Part shown: piece by piece, positions 25,902 to 39,600 of the stretch
Position numbering within the stretch: position 1 is the stretch's first letter
Layout: the number at the start of each line of letters is the position of its first letter
Assembly: GCA_002633005.1 (NCBI GenBank)
Contig: NMRA01000613.1
Coordinates: 183,855-247,854 of the forward strand
DNA from: Phoronis australis
Taxonomy: Eukaryota; Animalia; Phoronida
DNA length: 64,000 nucleotides
Reading direction: 5' to 3'
The notes under the pieces: generated by a model
Seen by the model: only the letters and a program-made list of their open reading frames with translations
What the model was told of the DNA's origin: nothing
Database searches by the model: none
Position numbers and translations under genes: made by a program

Positions 25902-28236
25902 TCCCACCAAAATGTTATCTCACTAGTGAGATAACTTTATGGTTTATTACACGGTTGTATCTGCCATTCGAGGTTAATGTTATGGTATAAATTAGCTTTA
26001 TACGGAAAATGCGCCCTTTGATGTAAACAGAACAATAGCGGCTTTAAGCAACATCCATTCCGTACTATTTGATGGTAATTGAGTCCTGACTGTGGAAGGC
26101 GGAAAGGGTAAAATTTGTGAAAAAAGGAAACCAACAGTTTTGTAAATTCAACTCTATTTAATGAATTCAATCCTGTTTAAAATATAATTAAGTCCTATTT
26201 TGTAACTTTACTATTACTTAAAAATCATTCCTCAGTGTTTTGTAACCTCAATTCTATATAAAACGACCGTGTAAAAAGCGTCTTTCGGAGAATCGAGCGT
26301 GTTTTATGAAATCGACTCGAAATTTTTTCCAAATACAGAATACGTGGTGTTGAATAAAATGTGTTTTGGAGATAGCAAATGATAGAAGTGATGTTCTGGA
26401 GTTCAAAGACGATGTTGATCATAACAAAACTGCCACAAAGCTTATAGAGAGTTTATGGTGTGGATATTAGGCAGGCTTGGTGCTGGTGTTCGCAAAGTCA
26501 TACCAAGTTGCTCTGTGATGGTTTTGGACAACGTACAGACTTTATTCCAAACAGAATTGGTCGACATTTCAGCTGTATATTTATATACATGTGTTTGCAT
26601 ATGAAACTTGACTATGGTTATACATTTCCATGTACCTGTATGGATCAAATTATTTCTTGTTGCTCTGCTACATGTAAGTTCAACGCACACCAAGACAAGG
26701 CTGGGCAAATGTGGACTCTACGTAATTATACTTGATTAGTGTGATCCCTGAAACCAGTGTGATTCAGAGAATGGTCTCCAAAAGTGAACAACTGCCGAAA
26801 TCAGATCTTGACATGGATAGATTAAATATCTATAATAAGTATGCAAAAATACGTAATATAACATTGCAGCCAATTGCAAAAAAGCCATGAACATTCAAAG
26901 GGCAGTGACACCTGGAGAGAAAGCTTGTTCTTAACTCTGAACCATTTTCCGCAATTTGGCCTCCTAGCACATTAAGATCTCATTGCAGAAATATGAAATA
27001 CATGCAGACATACACTCTATCAACGACCGGTGGACTTGTTTTTATAAGGTTGGCTACTAAACAAGCAAGTAGGGAGCAACTTTCACACAAACATTTTTAT
27101 CAGTGACTTCTTGGACCACTGGTTTATTGGTCAGACGAGAGTTTATTGTCGTCATGTGCCAATAATTCCAAGATAACCGAAATAAACAAGTACAAATACG
27201 TAAAACAATCGCTTGGCCAGCTTGGTACCCATGGGCAATAGTTCACCTGGTGAGACTCCCAGGACTCGGTACCCAAATTAATGTCTTTTATTTACATGTA
27301 CTTCCTTCTTCTTTTCCTTTCCGGGTCAGTAAGTTTAGTCTAAGACCCCTCTTCTTGTCGATCTTCTTACTATCAGCCATCTTGTCTTATGTTGTCTTCA
27401 AAATACCTGCAGTTATTTGAGGTAGAACAGGGTATCTTTGGGGCCTGGGGAGGGGGGGGGGGTAGAAGTGGTGTTCTGGCGAATACCCAAGAGACTCACG
27501 TACTCTTTCGTGCACTCATTAAAATTCAATTGATTGTAAATGCTTTCAATTCTTATAATAATATCTCTACTAAAGTTACATTATTATTAAATGGTAGTCT
27601 AAAATTCGACATTTTTGTCAATGAATTCCTTTTAAGCACTTTTAGCAAATTTGTGTGTATCGCTTATAAATCTTGTTGATTCTGATTTCCGTATCTGTAT
27701 ATGTTTTTGTTTTTAATATGTTCGTAATAGCATATCTAAGTATTTGAATACTTGCATGTATAATAAGATACGACTTACATGTACAGTGTATATAGTTCTA
27801 TGTAAACTACTTTTATCAATGAAGTGTCTACAAACCAGATATAATGCTTCGCGAATTCTGGGTTGGCCTTATACATGTATGCTCTGTGTATTCATCAATA
27901 AACATATATATCACCTTAAAAAATCTCATCTCGTGTATTTTAAACGGGCGGCAGACCAAATCCGCCCACCAAATAAGCTTTACCTTGTCAAATCAAAAAT
28001 ATTTTATAGGTAAAAATGTCACTTAAAGAACGCTTACTTTCTTCAGTGAATCTTTTTTTTTCTATATATATTCTTAATGAAGCTTGTCAACAAGAATTAA
28101 GATCAATTTGACGACGAATTCCAACTCCATTTTTTGGTCGCCGTTAACTTTATCGCAGCACGCAATAACCACAAAGTATTTAACAAATTGACGTCACACG
28201 AGTTAGGCAAAAAAGAGAAGTCTGAAACTGAGCGAA

Positions 28237-28887
28237 GCTCTCGTCTCCAAGGCTCAAAATGCCGTTGATCGGATTAGCCCATAGACGTCATTATGGTGTC
28301 TATGGTTTAGCCATTTGAGGCTTGATGCGCGTTGATTGGCCGTAGATGACTTTCACCACTGACAAGAGCGACAAAAGAAACCTTCAAATACTCGAATCTG
28401 TGAATATTTAAATACTATTTCTTGAAGATTCTTGTTCTTACTTTCGTGGCAAATTTAAGTATTTTTCCAGATGCGGAACAAGATTCAAAGGCAAATTTTA
28501 ACTATTTTCACAAGCGTAGTTGTTTGTACAATTGGTGATACGGAAGAAAAAGGCTCTGTTTTCGTTAGTGGTGTTTGAAATAAAAGGTACTTGCGTATTT
28601 GTTATCAATTCTGTTTTATTTGAAGCACCATAGAACCTCTCCTGTTTTGAATTACAATACATCAAATTTTCATTGATCTAAACCTAAGTTGTTGCATAAA
28701 TACCGCTCCATTTTTTTATTTTTTGTTGCACTATAGCAAATTTCCGAGGTGATATAACTTAATGTCACTCGTTATTTTCCAGCGCTTTTCGTAAAATTAT
28801 GTCAGAATTCTCACAAGAAAATTTCTCCTCGTCAAGCTTCAAGTGGCTAAACCGGCCAGCGCCATCTTGAGGCTTGGGGACAAGGCT
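28237..28887. mobile_element. Interspersed TIR repeat, copy 2 (carries a 25-bp micro-insertion)
   Basis: AGCTCTCGTCTCCAAGGCTCAAAATGCC...GCCATCTTGAGGCTTGGGGACAAGGCT; homologous to 9453-9898. Confidence 0.65.
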
Positions 28888-30179
28888 GCCTTGTATGTGA
28901 TATATATGGAAAACGTAGCATGGGAAGATACTCTTTGGAATTCGCAAGACTTTTGTACCTTGGAATTTTTATTCGTCAACAGACTTGACAACCGATGAAG
29001 AAATCTCGAGTGAACCGCGACAGATTAAACTGTCTCCTGAGTCATTGCCATGTGCTAATCATAACTCAATTTGTGTTAATATGCATGTTGTATTCGATTT
29101 TTATTTGCTGTATTTGGCCATGAGTAACTTTTCATCGGGGTATAATATAGCCTGCGTGCTCCTTGCAGCGTACACGGTGATTTATTGCCTATATTGTTTA
29201 AAGTTCGAGAAAAACATCTAAGTGCCTTAATCATGATGTTTGATAATAACAAGGTCGGATTTTCAAATGCTGGCCTAGGCCTACTTTATACATATAGAAT
29301 GGGTACGATAAAATCATGCGACTATTGCGACGAATCGGAACTTGGCATTAAATATGTTATCTTGACCAACTGACCACGTGCGAAATACCAGGCAAGACGG
29401 ATATTGTCACTTATCCCATATACGTGAAAATATGGATGCTGTATACTATTTAATACGGGAAAGTAGAGCCAATACACTGTATGTATACAACGTATTACGG
29501 TTGGCGAGCAGTCTCCTAGTGAAGTAAATTCGCGAGTGCAACGCCAGATTTGATTGAGATCATTCATTTGGGTCACCTAAATCATTAAGTCAAGGAGTCG
29601 CTCCTGGAAAACAGTTTTACTTCTCTAAAAACAGAAAAGATTAATTGATGAAAATTCCGAGGCTCGGTAATGAAGCGGCTATTATTGGGCCTCGCTGAAG
29701 TTTCAATCTGGGTCATCATAAGTTCTGCAAATCAGCGCAGTTTCCACAGTAATTGTCCAATGCTGTGATCATCACGGGGAAATGTTTCTATTACTATTTA
29801 CAGTTCAGAAGCTAAGACACGAAAATAGATGAAGAAAACTAAGATATTCATCGAAGCTAAAACGACACCCTCTGCTGCACAACTCGGTTCGGGGAATGTT
29901 TCAATTTTTATATTCCCGGATGGATTGCTTCTAAGTTTCCAACAAACTTTTGATATTATTGAATGGCTCAGTGTATATTTCAAAAATTGAAAATTCTGAT
30001 CAATTTATTATGAAATAAAACTTTACTGGTTATTCAACACTTTGACAGATTGTCTCGTCGCTTAACCGGCTTGGGTACCCTGCTTGGCACACATATGACA
30101 TCATATAACAACAAGCCGGAGCACACAGCAACAAGGCATTGCCACGATGACGCACATAAGTTCATATATTAGGATAAAC

Positions 30180-30342
30180 AGGTTATCCCACATATATAGG
30201 AATACAACTGCGTTATCCTATCTCGAATTCATTTCATCTGGGAATGTCCCAACTCGACTTTCGGTCTCGTTGGGACATTGCCAGATGAAATAAATTCTCT
30301 ATATGATATGGCAGTAGTATTCCTATGCATGAGGGATAACCT
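30180..30342. repeat. ~160-bp foldback hairpin
   Basis: AGGTTATCCC...ATTTCATCTGGGAATGTCCCAAC loop GTTGGGACATTGCCAGATGAAAT...GGGATAACCT. Confidence 0.85.
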
Positions 30343-31192
30343 ACATGTACTTTAATAATCTGTATATATGTCTATTGACGTGAACCATCATTCCGATTAT
30401 TCACGTGCGTTAGGTAAAATAACACACGCACGTTTTGCAACAAGATAAGTTGGGTGACTCGCTTGGTCTACCTCACGAAAAATACGCAATTTCATACAAT
30501 CACCGATACTCCTGTCCTCCCATGGTCTAAAACATGGTGCAATCACTTCACAAATTAGGTGTTGTCCAGCATTTGAGGAAGAGGTATATCTATGCTAGTT
30601 ATGATCTCATCAATTACACAGGTACAGTAGAAACGTTAAAAAATGACCGCATTCACACAAAGCTAACGCCCAGAAGGTAGCAACTGAACCAGGAAAAACA
30701 CGGCAGTGCCTGTAAAAAATTAACGAAATCAGAGGAAAGAAACTGTAGAGTCGTATGATGAAAAATATTGATTGACCCCCCCCCCGTGGAGCATGTTAGA
30801 ATATCGCCGGAGAGCAACGTTGCCCTTGGTCGCTGTAACCTAACATTACTCTCGATATTTGACCATATTTGTTCAACGATAAGGATGGCAGATTTGATGC
30901 CACCTTCAAAATGTCCTTTATTGAGCTGCACGAAGTGAACAATCACACAGGTATGTCTTTGACATCGTAACAATAATGCAATAAAATATTTATATTTCGT
31001 GTCCACAAGTGTTAAGACAATTTCTTCGTTTTCGAAAAATACACTCCCATCCTGCTATCTGCTTATCGCTGCAGGCGAGTTTCACCATTAGTACAAGTAC
31101 ACGTACGACCATGGAGTATTCGGCAAGCAAATTGTCTACCATCTACAGGTACAACTGGTTAGTGTAAAACTAATTAATACAGACTAATTGAA

Positions 31193-34100
31193 ATTAAATG
31201 TTCTACGAGTTGAAACTAATGCAGTCTAAGCAAAAAATTTTGAAATTCTCTTCGTGACAATCGACGCTTGCACCGGAGCAGTGGTACACGTAACGCTGTA
31301 CCCACACTCGCCTCGACCCTGCTTGGATGTGAACGGTCTCACGCAAATGAGACAGAACTCAAACTTGCATGCTTTGCATGGTATCCGCTTACAGCCACCT
31401 TCGAAATAATTAAGAGTTCCGCAGTTGATGCAAGCTCTCATTCTGGGGCACGTCTGGGCATTTTTAAATTTTCTGCCAGTGGGAACTTCTACGAGTTCAG
31501 CTTGCTGCAAAATTTCCAGACGTGGATCGGCTGCGTCACATCCTTCGTTGCCGCAGAAGACATCCTTGGCTCCGCTTTTCCAAGGTGACCAGCAGTCCCA
31601 GCAAAAGAAGTAAGGCTTTCCTTGCTCCGTCACACAGTGAGGGCATGGCACACGCTGGGCTTTTTCGTCATCTCGAAGACAGATCGATTCACAACTTGGA
31701 CAGGAACCAATGTCTCCTAAAGCGACAGAGAGATTGGTCTAAAATCGTGCACGAATCTTTTATAGGTTCTTGCTTATTCGACTTCTCTTAGTGGACCAGA
31801 TTTGGATGTCAAGGAAGACTGTAAATTTTTTCATGTTCCTTTAAAATATCTATAAGTCCTCTACATGGCTTGTTAGCCATGACTGAAACCCATGATATTG
31901 TTTGAAAAATATTTACAAGCATAAAGCCGTTATAGCTGACAGTTTTTGCAGTTTGTTTTTTGTATATCTAGAAAATACTTGCTTCTCAGCCAGGATTTCT
32001 CCTTCACATTAAAAAAAAGTTATCGTAAAATTGAACAAAAACCTTGACACGTACATCAAGCTCATTTTTATTAAATTTTAGTTTATTTGACTTCGTAAGA
32101 AATGATGAATACATGTTTAGGAACGGAGCTCAAGCATAATTCCACCGCGTAAAGGTGAAGACACAAACGCTCCGCTTATCATTTGTTTTGACACAGGTAA
32201 GGTTGTAAAAACAGGCTCTTTGTGATCATATAAATTAGATACACTAATTAACGTTCGTTATGATCAATAAAGAACCATTTTTCAGAGATGTACACCAGAT
32301 TGGATTCAAGACTATTGCTATCTATATCTTGAACTTCCAAACTATGTTTCTACACGTCGTTTTGTTTACCTAAATGTTTCTTGGCAAAGTTCTCTGATAT
32401 CTTTATTTCAAACTCTCGCATCTCGTCTTCAGAAAGACAAGCGTATCTGCGAATGGTGCTATATTTCCATTCCGTTTTACACGTCTCAAGAGGGCACTTG
32501 AACGCATACTCCCCTTTCTTCAGCTTATGTCGACAAAACGCCTTCAGCTCGCCTGGAACTGAAATTAATTCATCATCTCATATGCAATAAAATCATTAAG
32601 CATCAGCACATTTCATTTTGACGAATGTTTTTCCAATCCTCCGGAATTTCTCCACTCATTTGTTTGTCTTTGACGATTTGACAGGTCAACCGTGTAAGGC
32701 AGTTGACTGGGCTGTAAGAATGATCCCGTCATCGAGAACCAATCAGATGTCTTGGCCCATTAACCCGGGGGGGGACTGACGAAGTCCAAGTGTATCCAAT
32801 CAGCCATTGTTTACACAGACGTTGCGAATAAACAATGATTTACCAGACAGGACTGGACCTAAGAATCAAAGATATTTCAGCACCTGAAAACCAACCGACT
32901 GTTAATTTTAACGTCATGTTATACAAATAACTTGAACAACGGCTATTTGCGACTTAAGCTAGGTGGCATTTACTTCGTAAGACAATACTTTGCACACACT
33001 TGTATGGCATGTTGTTTGGCATTTCTAGGTGAGCCAACCGTGGACGAGACGGTCACGTCACCTGGTGACAGAGCTTAACAGAGAGAGACTTACCAATCGC
33101 GTGCCCACAAGGCATTTTTACACGCTTACAGCTATCTGTATCTTCATCTGATATTATACACGGTTTCGGGCTGTAGCGAATTGGCGATGGCTGAAAAATA
33201 ATTGTGGCAGAGCTTATAACGATTTAGTGCTTGATAGCGATACATGTATATTTGATTGAGGGCGAAAATTATGGAACTAAGTAGGCGTAAGCCCTTTTGA
33301 GCAAAAAGAACTTACAGGATACAAAACGAAAAAGTACGCGTGTAAGTCAGACCTGAGTGCACTTTCTAAAAGTAATGAACGTTATAGCAATATTGGAATG
33401 ATATCATGACGCGTCTGGCAAAAAGTCATTGAACGATGTAGCTCACACGCTGTCAAGAGACTTTCAAATTCGTGTGAGTTTTGTAAGATGTGTTACCCTT
33501 TGGTGTGCAGGTCGAAAGCTTTTTCACTTTTGGAGAATATTTTTATCACGAAACACTCTTACCATAGAACTTATTTAAACAACCGAAGCATAGAAGCGGA
33601 GTGCTTGCCTACTAGATAAATTGTCAGGTGGCGCAAAGCATCTCTCCATGTCACCACAAAGTTTGCGAACCCCCCCCCCCAAATATTCTTCCGTAAGTAA
33701 CGTTTCCACAAGAGGAACGTCGTGTAGACCAAGGTGATCCTTGACACGGGGTTTCCACGACGAGCACAAACCGTAGAACTTCAGGAAAACGCGGAACCCT
33801 TTGATCATAGACATCACATAGACCGGGCGCGCTTCTCAGCTACATGCAGCTTGCGTTGTCAATATGACGCCATATTGGAGAGTGTAACAAGACAAAACTG
33901 GCGGAAAACACTGGGAGCCCTACGGCATCAGTCAGAAAATCGGCGGACTCGCAGTGTTATGCTTGCAGCNATTAAATGTTCTACGAGTTGAAACTAATGC
34001 AGTCTAAGCAAAAAATTTTGAAATTCTCTTCGTGACAATCGACGCTTGCACCGGAGCAGTGGTACACGTAACGCTGTACCCACACTCGCCTCGACCCTGC

Positions 34101-36695
34101 TTGGATGTGAACGGTCTCACGCAAATGAGACAGAACTCAAACTTGCATGCTTTGCATGGTATCCGCTTACAGCCACCTTCGAAATAATTAAGAGTTCCGC
34201 AGTTGATGCAAGCTCTCATTCTGGGGCACGTCTGGGCATTTTTAAATTTTCTGCCAGTGGGAACTTCTACGAGTTCAGCTTGCTGCAAAATTTCCAGACG
34301 TGGATCGGCTGCGTCACATCCTTCGTTGCCGCAGAAGACATCCTTGGCTCCGCTTTTCCAAGGTGACCAGCAGTCCCAGCAAAAGAAGTAAGGCTTTCCT
34401 TGCTCCGTCACACAGTGAGGGCATGGCACACGCTGGGCTTTTTCGTCATCTCGAAGACAGATCGATTCACAACTTGGACAGGAACCAATGTCTCCTAAAG
34501 CGACAGAGAGATTGGTCTAAAATCGTGCACGAATCTTTTATAGGTTCTTGCTTATTCGACTTCTCTTAGTGGACCAGATTTGGATGTCAAGGAAGACTGT
34601 AAATTTTTTCATGTTCCTTTAAAATATCTTTAAGTCCTCTACATGGCTTGTTAGCCATGACTGAATCCCATGATATTGTTTGAAAAATATTTACAAGCAT
34701 AAAGCCGTTATAGCTGACAGTTTTTGCAGTTTGTTTTTTGTATATCTAGAAAATACTTGCTTCTCAGCCAGGATTTCTCCTTCACATTAAAAAAAGTTAT
34801 CGTAAAATTGAACGAAAACCTTGACACGTACATCAAGCTCATTTCTATTAAATTTTAGTTTGTTTGACTTCGTAAGAAATGATGAATACATGTTTAGGAA
34901 CGGAGCTCAAGCGTAATTCCACCGCCGTAAAGGTGAAGACACAAACGCTCCGCTTATCATTTGTTTTGACACAGGTAAGGTTGTAAAAACCGGCTCTTTG
35001 TAATCATATAAATTAAATACACTAATTAACGTTCGTTATGATCAACAAAGAACCATTTTTCAAAGATGTACACCAGATTGGATTCAAGACTATTGCTATC
35101 TATATCTTGAACTACCAAACTAAGTTTCTACACGTCGTTTTGTTTACCTAAATGTTTCTTGACAAAGTTCTCTGATATCTTTATTTCAAATTCTCGCATC
35201 TCGTCTTCAGAAAGATAAGCGTATCTGCGAATGGTGCTATATTTCCATTCCGTTTTGCACGTCTCAATAGGGCACTTGAACACGTACTCCCCTTTCTTCA
35301 GCTTATGTCGACAAAACGCCTTCAGCTCGCCTGGAACTGGAATTAATTCATCATCTCATATGCAATAAAATCATTAAGCATCAGCACATTTCATTTTGAC
35401 GAATATTTTTCCAATCCTTCAGGATTTCTGCACTTATTTTAGCATGGCTATGTTTGTTTGTCTTTGACGATTTGACAGGTCAACCGTGTAAGGCAATTGA
35501 CTGGGCTGTAAGAATGATCCCGTCATCGAGAACCAAATGAATCAGATGTCTTGGCCCATTAACCCGGGGGGACTGACGAAGTTCAAGTCTATCCAATCAG
35601 CCATTGTTTACACAGACGTTGCGAATAAACAATTCTTTACCAGACAGGACTGGACCTAAGAATCAAAGATATTTCTGTACGTGAAAACCAACCGACTGTT
35701 AATTTTAACGTCATGTTATACAAATAACTTGCACAACGACTATTTGCGACTTAAGCTAGGTGGCATTTGGACGAGACGGTCACGTCACCTGGTGACAGAG
35801 CTTAACAGAGAGAGACTTACCAATCGCGTGCCCACAAGGCATTTTTACACGCTTACAGTTATCTGTATCTTCATCTGATATTATACACGGTTTCGGGCTG
35901 TAGCGAATTGGCGATGGCTGAAAAATAATTGTGGCAGAGCTTATAACGAATTAGTGCTTGATAGCGATATATTCGATTGAGAGCGAAAATTATGGAACTA
36001 CATGTAAGTAGGCGTAAGCCCTTTTGAGCAAAAAGAACTTACAGGATACAAAACGAAAAAGGGTACGCGTGTAAGTCAGACCTGAGTGCACTTTCTAAAA
36101 GTAATAAACGTTATAGCAATATTGGAATGATATCATGACGCGTCTGGCAAAAAGTCATTGACCGATGTAGCTCACATGCTGTCAAGAGACTTTCAAATTC
36201 GATGTGAGTTTTGTAAGATGTGTTAGCCTTTGGTGTGCAGGTCGAAAGCTGTTTAACGTTTGGAGAATATTTTTTTATCACGAAACACTCTTACCATAGA
36301 ACTTATTTAAAAACCGAAGCATAGAAGCGGAGTGCTGGCCTACTAGATAAAGTGTCAGGTGGCGCAAAGCATCTCTCCATGTCACCACAAAGTTTGCGAA
36401 CCCCCCAAATATTCTTCCGTAAGTAACGTTTCCACAAGAGGAACGTCGTGTAGACCAAGGTCATCCTTGACACGGGGTTTCCACGACGAGCACAAACCGT
36501 AGAACTCCAGGAAAACGCGGAACCCTTTGATCATAGACATCACATAGACCGGGCGTGCGCCACTCAGCTACGGCAGCTTGCGTTGTCAATATGACGCCAT
36601 ATTGGAGAGTGTAACAAGACAAAAATGGCGGAAAACACTGGGAGCCCTACGGCATCAGTCAGAAAATCGGCGGACTCGCAGTGTTATGCTTGCAG
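31193..36695. repeat. 2.7-kb direct duplication (31193-33969 vs 33971-36695) joined by a single N
   Basis: The first ~660 bp are identical; the rest differs by scattered SNPs and indels. Confidence 0.95.
31226..33190 (-). CDS. Partial copy of the RBR E3 gene (exons 33190-33094, 32558-32370, 31716-31226), lacking the Ubl exons
   Basis: In-frame GT-AG exons: MPCGHAI, FKCP..C, CPSC..CPHC..FCWDC, RACINC..GGCKRIPCKACKFEFCLIC. Confidence 0.75.
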
Positions 36696-39600
36696 TCAAA
36701 GAGTTAAGTTTTTTGGTCCTGCCTTTGAGTCATGGGTTTTTTGGTTCGGCCATGGAGTAAAGAGGTGTTGCCACTAGGTTTTTATGTTCTGCCACCATTG
36801 TTTAAGCGGAGCGATTATGCGTTGTTTCCATACACCATCAGTGTTTGTGATTGAGACCATATAAGATCAATTAAAAAATAATTATTGACCACCATATGCT
36901 GTTATCCAATGATGATGCTGTTTGTTAATTGTACTTAAGCAAATATTTGGTATCAATGACAATCATTTGTACTTGTTCTGAAAAATGACATCCCCGAGCC
37001 TACTCGGTAGCCATCGAAATCAGTTTAGGCCTATCTATGTGTAAGTGAATAATGTATTCTCTGTTGAAAGATATACTGCTTTAAAAACTCATTTCTTAAT
37101 AAGTATTCCAAAGTCAGATTTCTTCTGTTGGATTAAAACAAACATATCCCTGTAAAATGTGTACTTATGTTAAAGTTGATATTGGAAATTTTGTGGATTT
37201 GTACTGCTTCCTTACGAGCTCATTGTTTTGTGACTCAAAACTTGCGCAAAAAAGTAAAGTGCATTGTAACCAAACCGGTGCGACTGAATTGCGCACCCGA
37301 CTTATACCCAAAATGCAAAATTTCCCACTCGAAACCGAGTGGAAATATACCCAACCGAGTCAGTGTAGCATTAAATAATGACTCCGTGAAAAATGACCCC
37401 GTGTTAGTTTTTTTCACAGGTTCATAATTTAATGAGAAGAATTTTTGACCCATGAAAAAATGACCTCACGTCCGTGAAAACCCGTCCCGTTCCAGAGGCG
37501 ATCCAGAATTTTGATTTGGGGGGGGGGGCAAGGCAGAGGATCACATGCGCGCACCCAACCTAAAATATAGAGGGGGGGGGGCTCGAATTTCGCGATCATG
37601 TGGACCTTTTACTTGAACAAGAAGACGAGTACTAAGAAACGGGGTACTAGGTTCAACCCCGTGCATTGTGCATTCGTGAAGAATTCCTGTGGATTTTTGT
37701 CTCGTTTCCTCGGACTTTTTGTTTCTCTAAGAAGGACCTTTTTGCCCACTTCGTCAAATGGGGGGGGGGGGCTCATTCGAGCCCCCGGAGCCCGACCCCC
37801 CTGGGTGGGCGCATGTATTAGGCAGGATTTTGCACGTCGGACTTTCGCATCCCCGGACTGCCAAATGGAATCTGGGAGAATTTTAGGGGGGTCTTGGCTT
37901 CCCTCTAAATCCGCCACTATGGGTTCCTCCGCAGGGGTTGAGATTAGGAGACACGATACCCGCAATTGGCGATCTTTCAACAATGTTCGATACGTGGATG
38001 TTTAGGTCTTGGGGTCACCTGAGTAACGCGCGGCAAGGGAAATCTTGCTATTTCAATATATGCCGCAGTTAGGGAGTGAAAATATTGAACGGCGTGCAGA
38101 CCAGGAATATAATGTGGGAAGCTGGGCTGAAGCGAAGACAATTACAATTTTTCGAACAATCCGTCGTTCAGTTGCCCAAATTGGCAACTGGCCCTTTTTA
38201 CACTGCTCGTGCCAGGTTATAATATCTGACTACAGAACTGCATGAAGACTAATCCAAAATATTTGGCACATGCTAAGAATCTGCCTATCGCAGCCAAGTT
38301 TTCTTACTATAAAAGTCAAATTTGGAACCGTGAGAACTGAGGCCAAGCGTGCGTGGGAGAAGAATTTATTCTACACGTAAATTTCTCGGCGGCCGAGGGA
38401 CGTGCAGTACGTATATCAAGGGCAGGGGTGGATAGGAACGGTTCGAAATAATGTGTGGGGGCGGGGCTGATCTCTTTTGAACACATAATTACATGGTGTG
38501 GGGATACTACAAAACTGCCTGTTGCTTGATCGGGGGTGACTTCAGATTCATGAGAGGGGAATGTCGTGCGTGAGATAAGAACATTTGTCCGTTGGCAATC
38601 CCGAGCGATGCACAAGAGAGAGCGGATGACCGCTGTAGCCAATATCTTACACCGACGACTGATTAAATGTAAGTCCATTCTGGCAATTAGTTGCTCTAAT
38701 CTCCTATAAGGTCATATCTTATTGACTCACTGGGCTGTGGTGTTAAACATGAGTTAAGTTATAAAATGTTTGAACATAAACCAATGACATTTCTGAATTC
38801 TCCATCAAATACTGGTCGTGCTTACAGTTTTTGAATCACCAAAATAGCCCAACTATACTGTACATGTACAATCGAAGTTAAGACTGTCACAGGAACACAA
38901 CCGCTGTACGTCTGGTATAAATGTCACGGAACGGGAGAACGCCCTAATGAGCTTTAAAAACCTGTCATTTATCTATATGACTCCAATGAGGTCATGTTTT
39001 ACAGTAGTTCATATAAAATTTAGACCCCATTAAATGCGACCTGGGTCGTATTTTAATTTTACGTTGTTACCCGGGGTCATTTTCAATACTGAAACCTAAG
39101 GCTTATTGGGGCACAACAAAAATACGTCCCAAGTGAACAGCACGTCTCCTGGATATAATGTATTTGCATCGAGCGACACGAATTAAATGATAAATTTGCG
39201 CGATATTACTGGATTCTCTTGAAAAAACGAGAACAATAAAACGCTCACAGTGGATAACAAGCGTGCATCGGCTCAGACAATTCTAGAATTTGCCACTGGT
39301 TGCGATCTTCTATTAGTTTGATATTTTCCCTGTCGACGGATTGACACTTAAAAAACGCATGTACATGTAAGTGCGACATCACATGTTTTTTATGTTTCTG
39401 GAAAAAATCACAATCTTCCGCCTCTTTATTTGATAGATTTCGCGCTTAGAAAAGAACAATTTACCCCTTTTGTTTACACAATTAGCCGTGTCACGTGACT
39501 AGCAACACTCTCCAATATGGCGTCAAGTTGTCAGCTGCTTTAGCGCGTGCGCCCGGTCTATAGTATTAAGATGTCTAGGCCTTTGATGGCGCACCTGCTC

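Noticed and set aside
27290-27406. Exon-like MADSKKIDKKRGLR segment on the minus strand
   Set aside because: Stops after 30 codons and cannot be linked to other exons.
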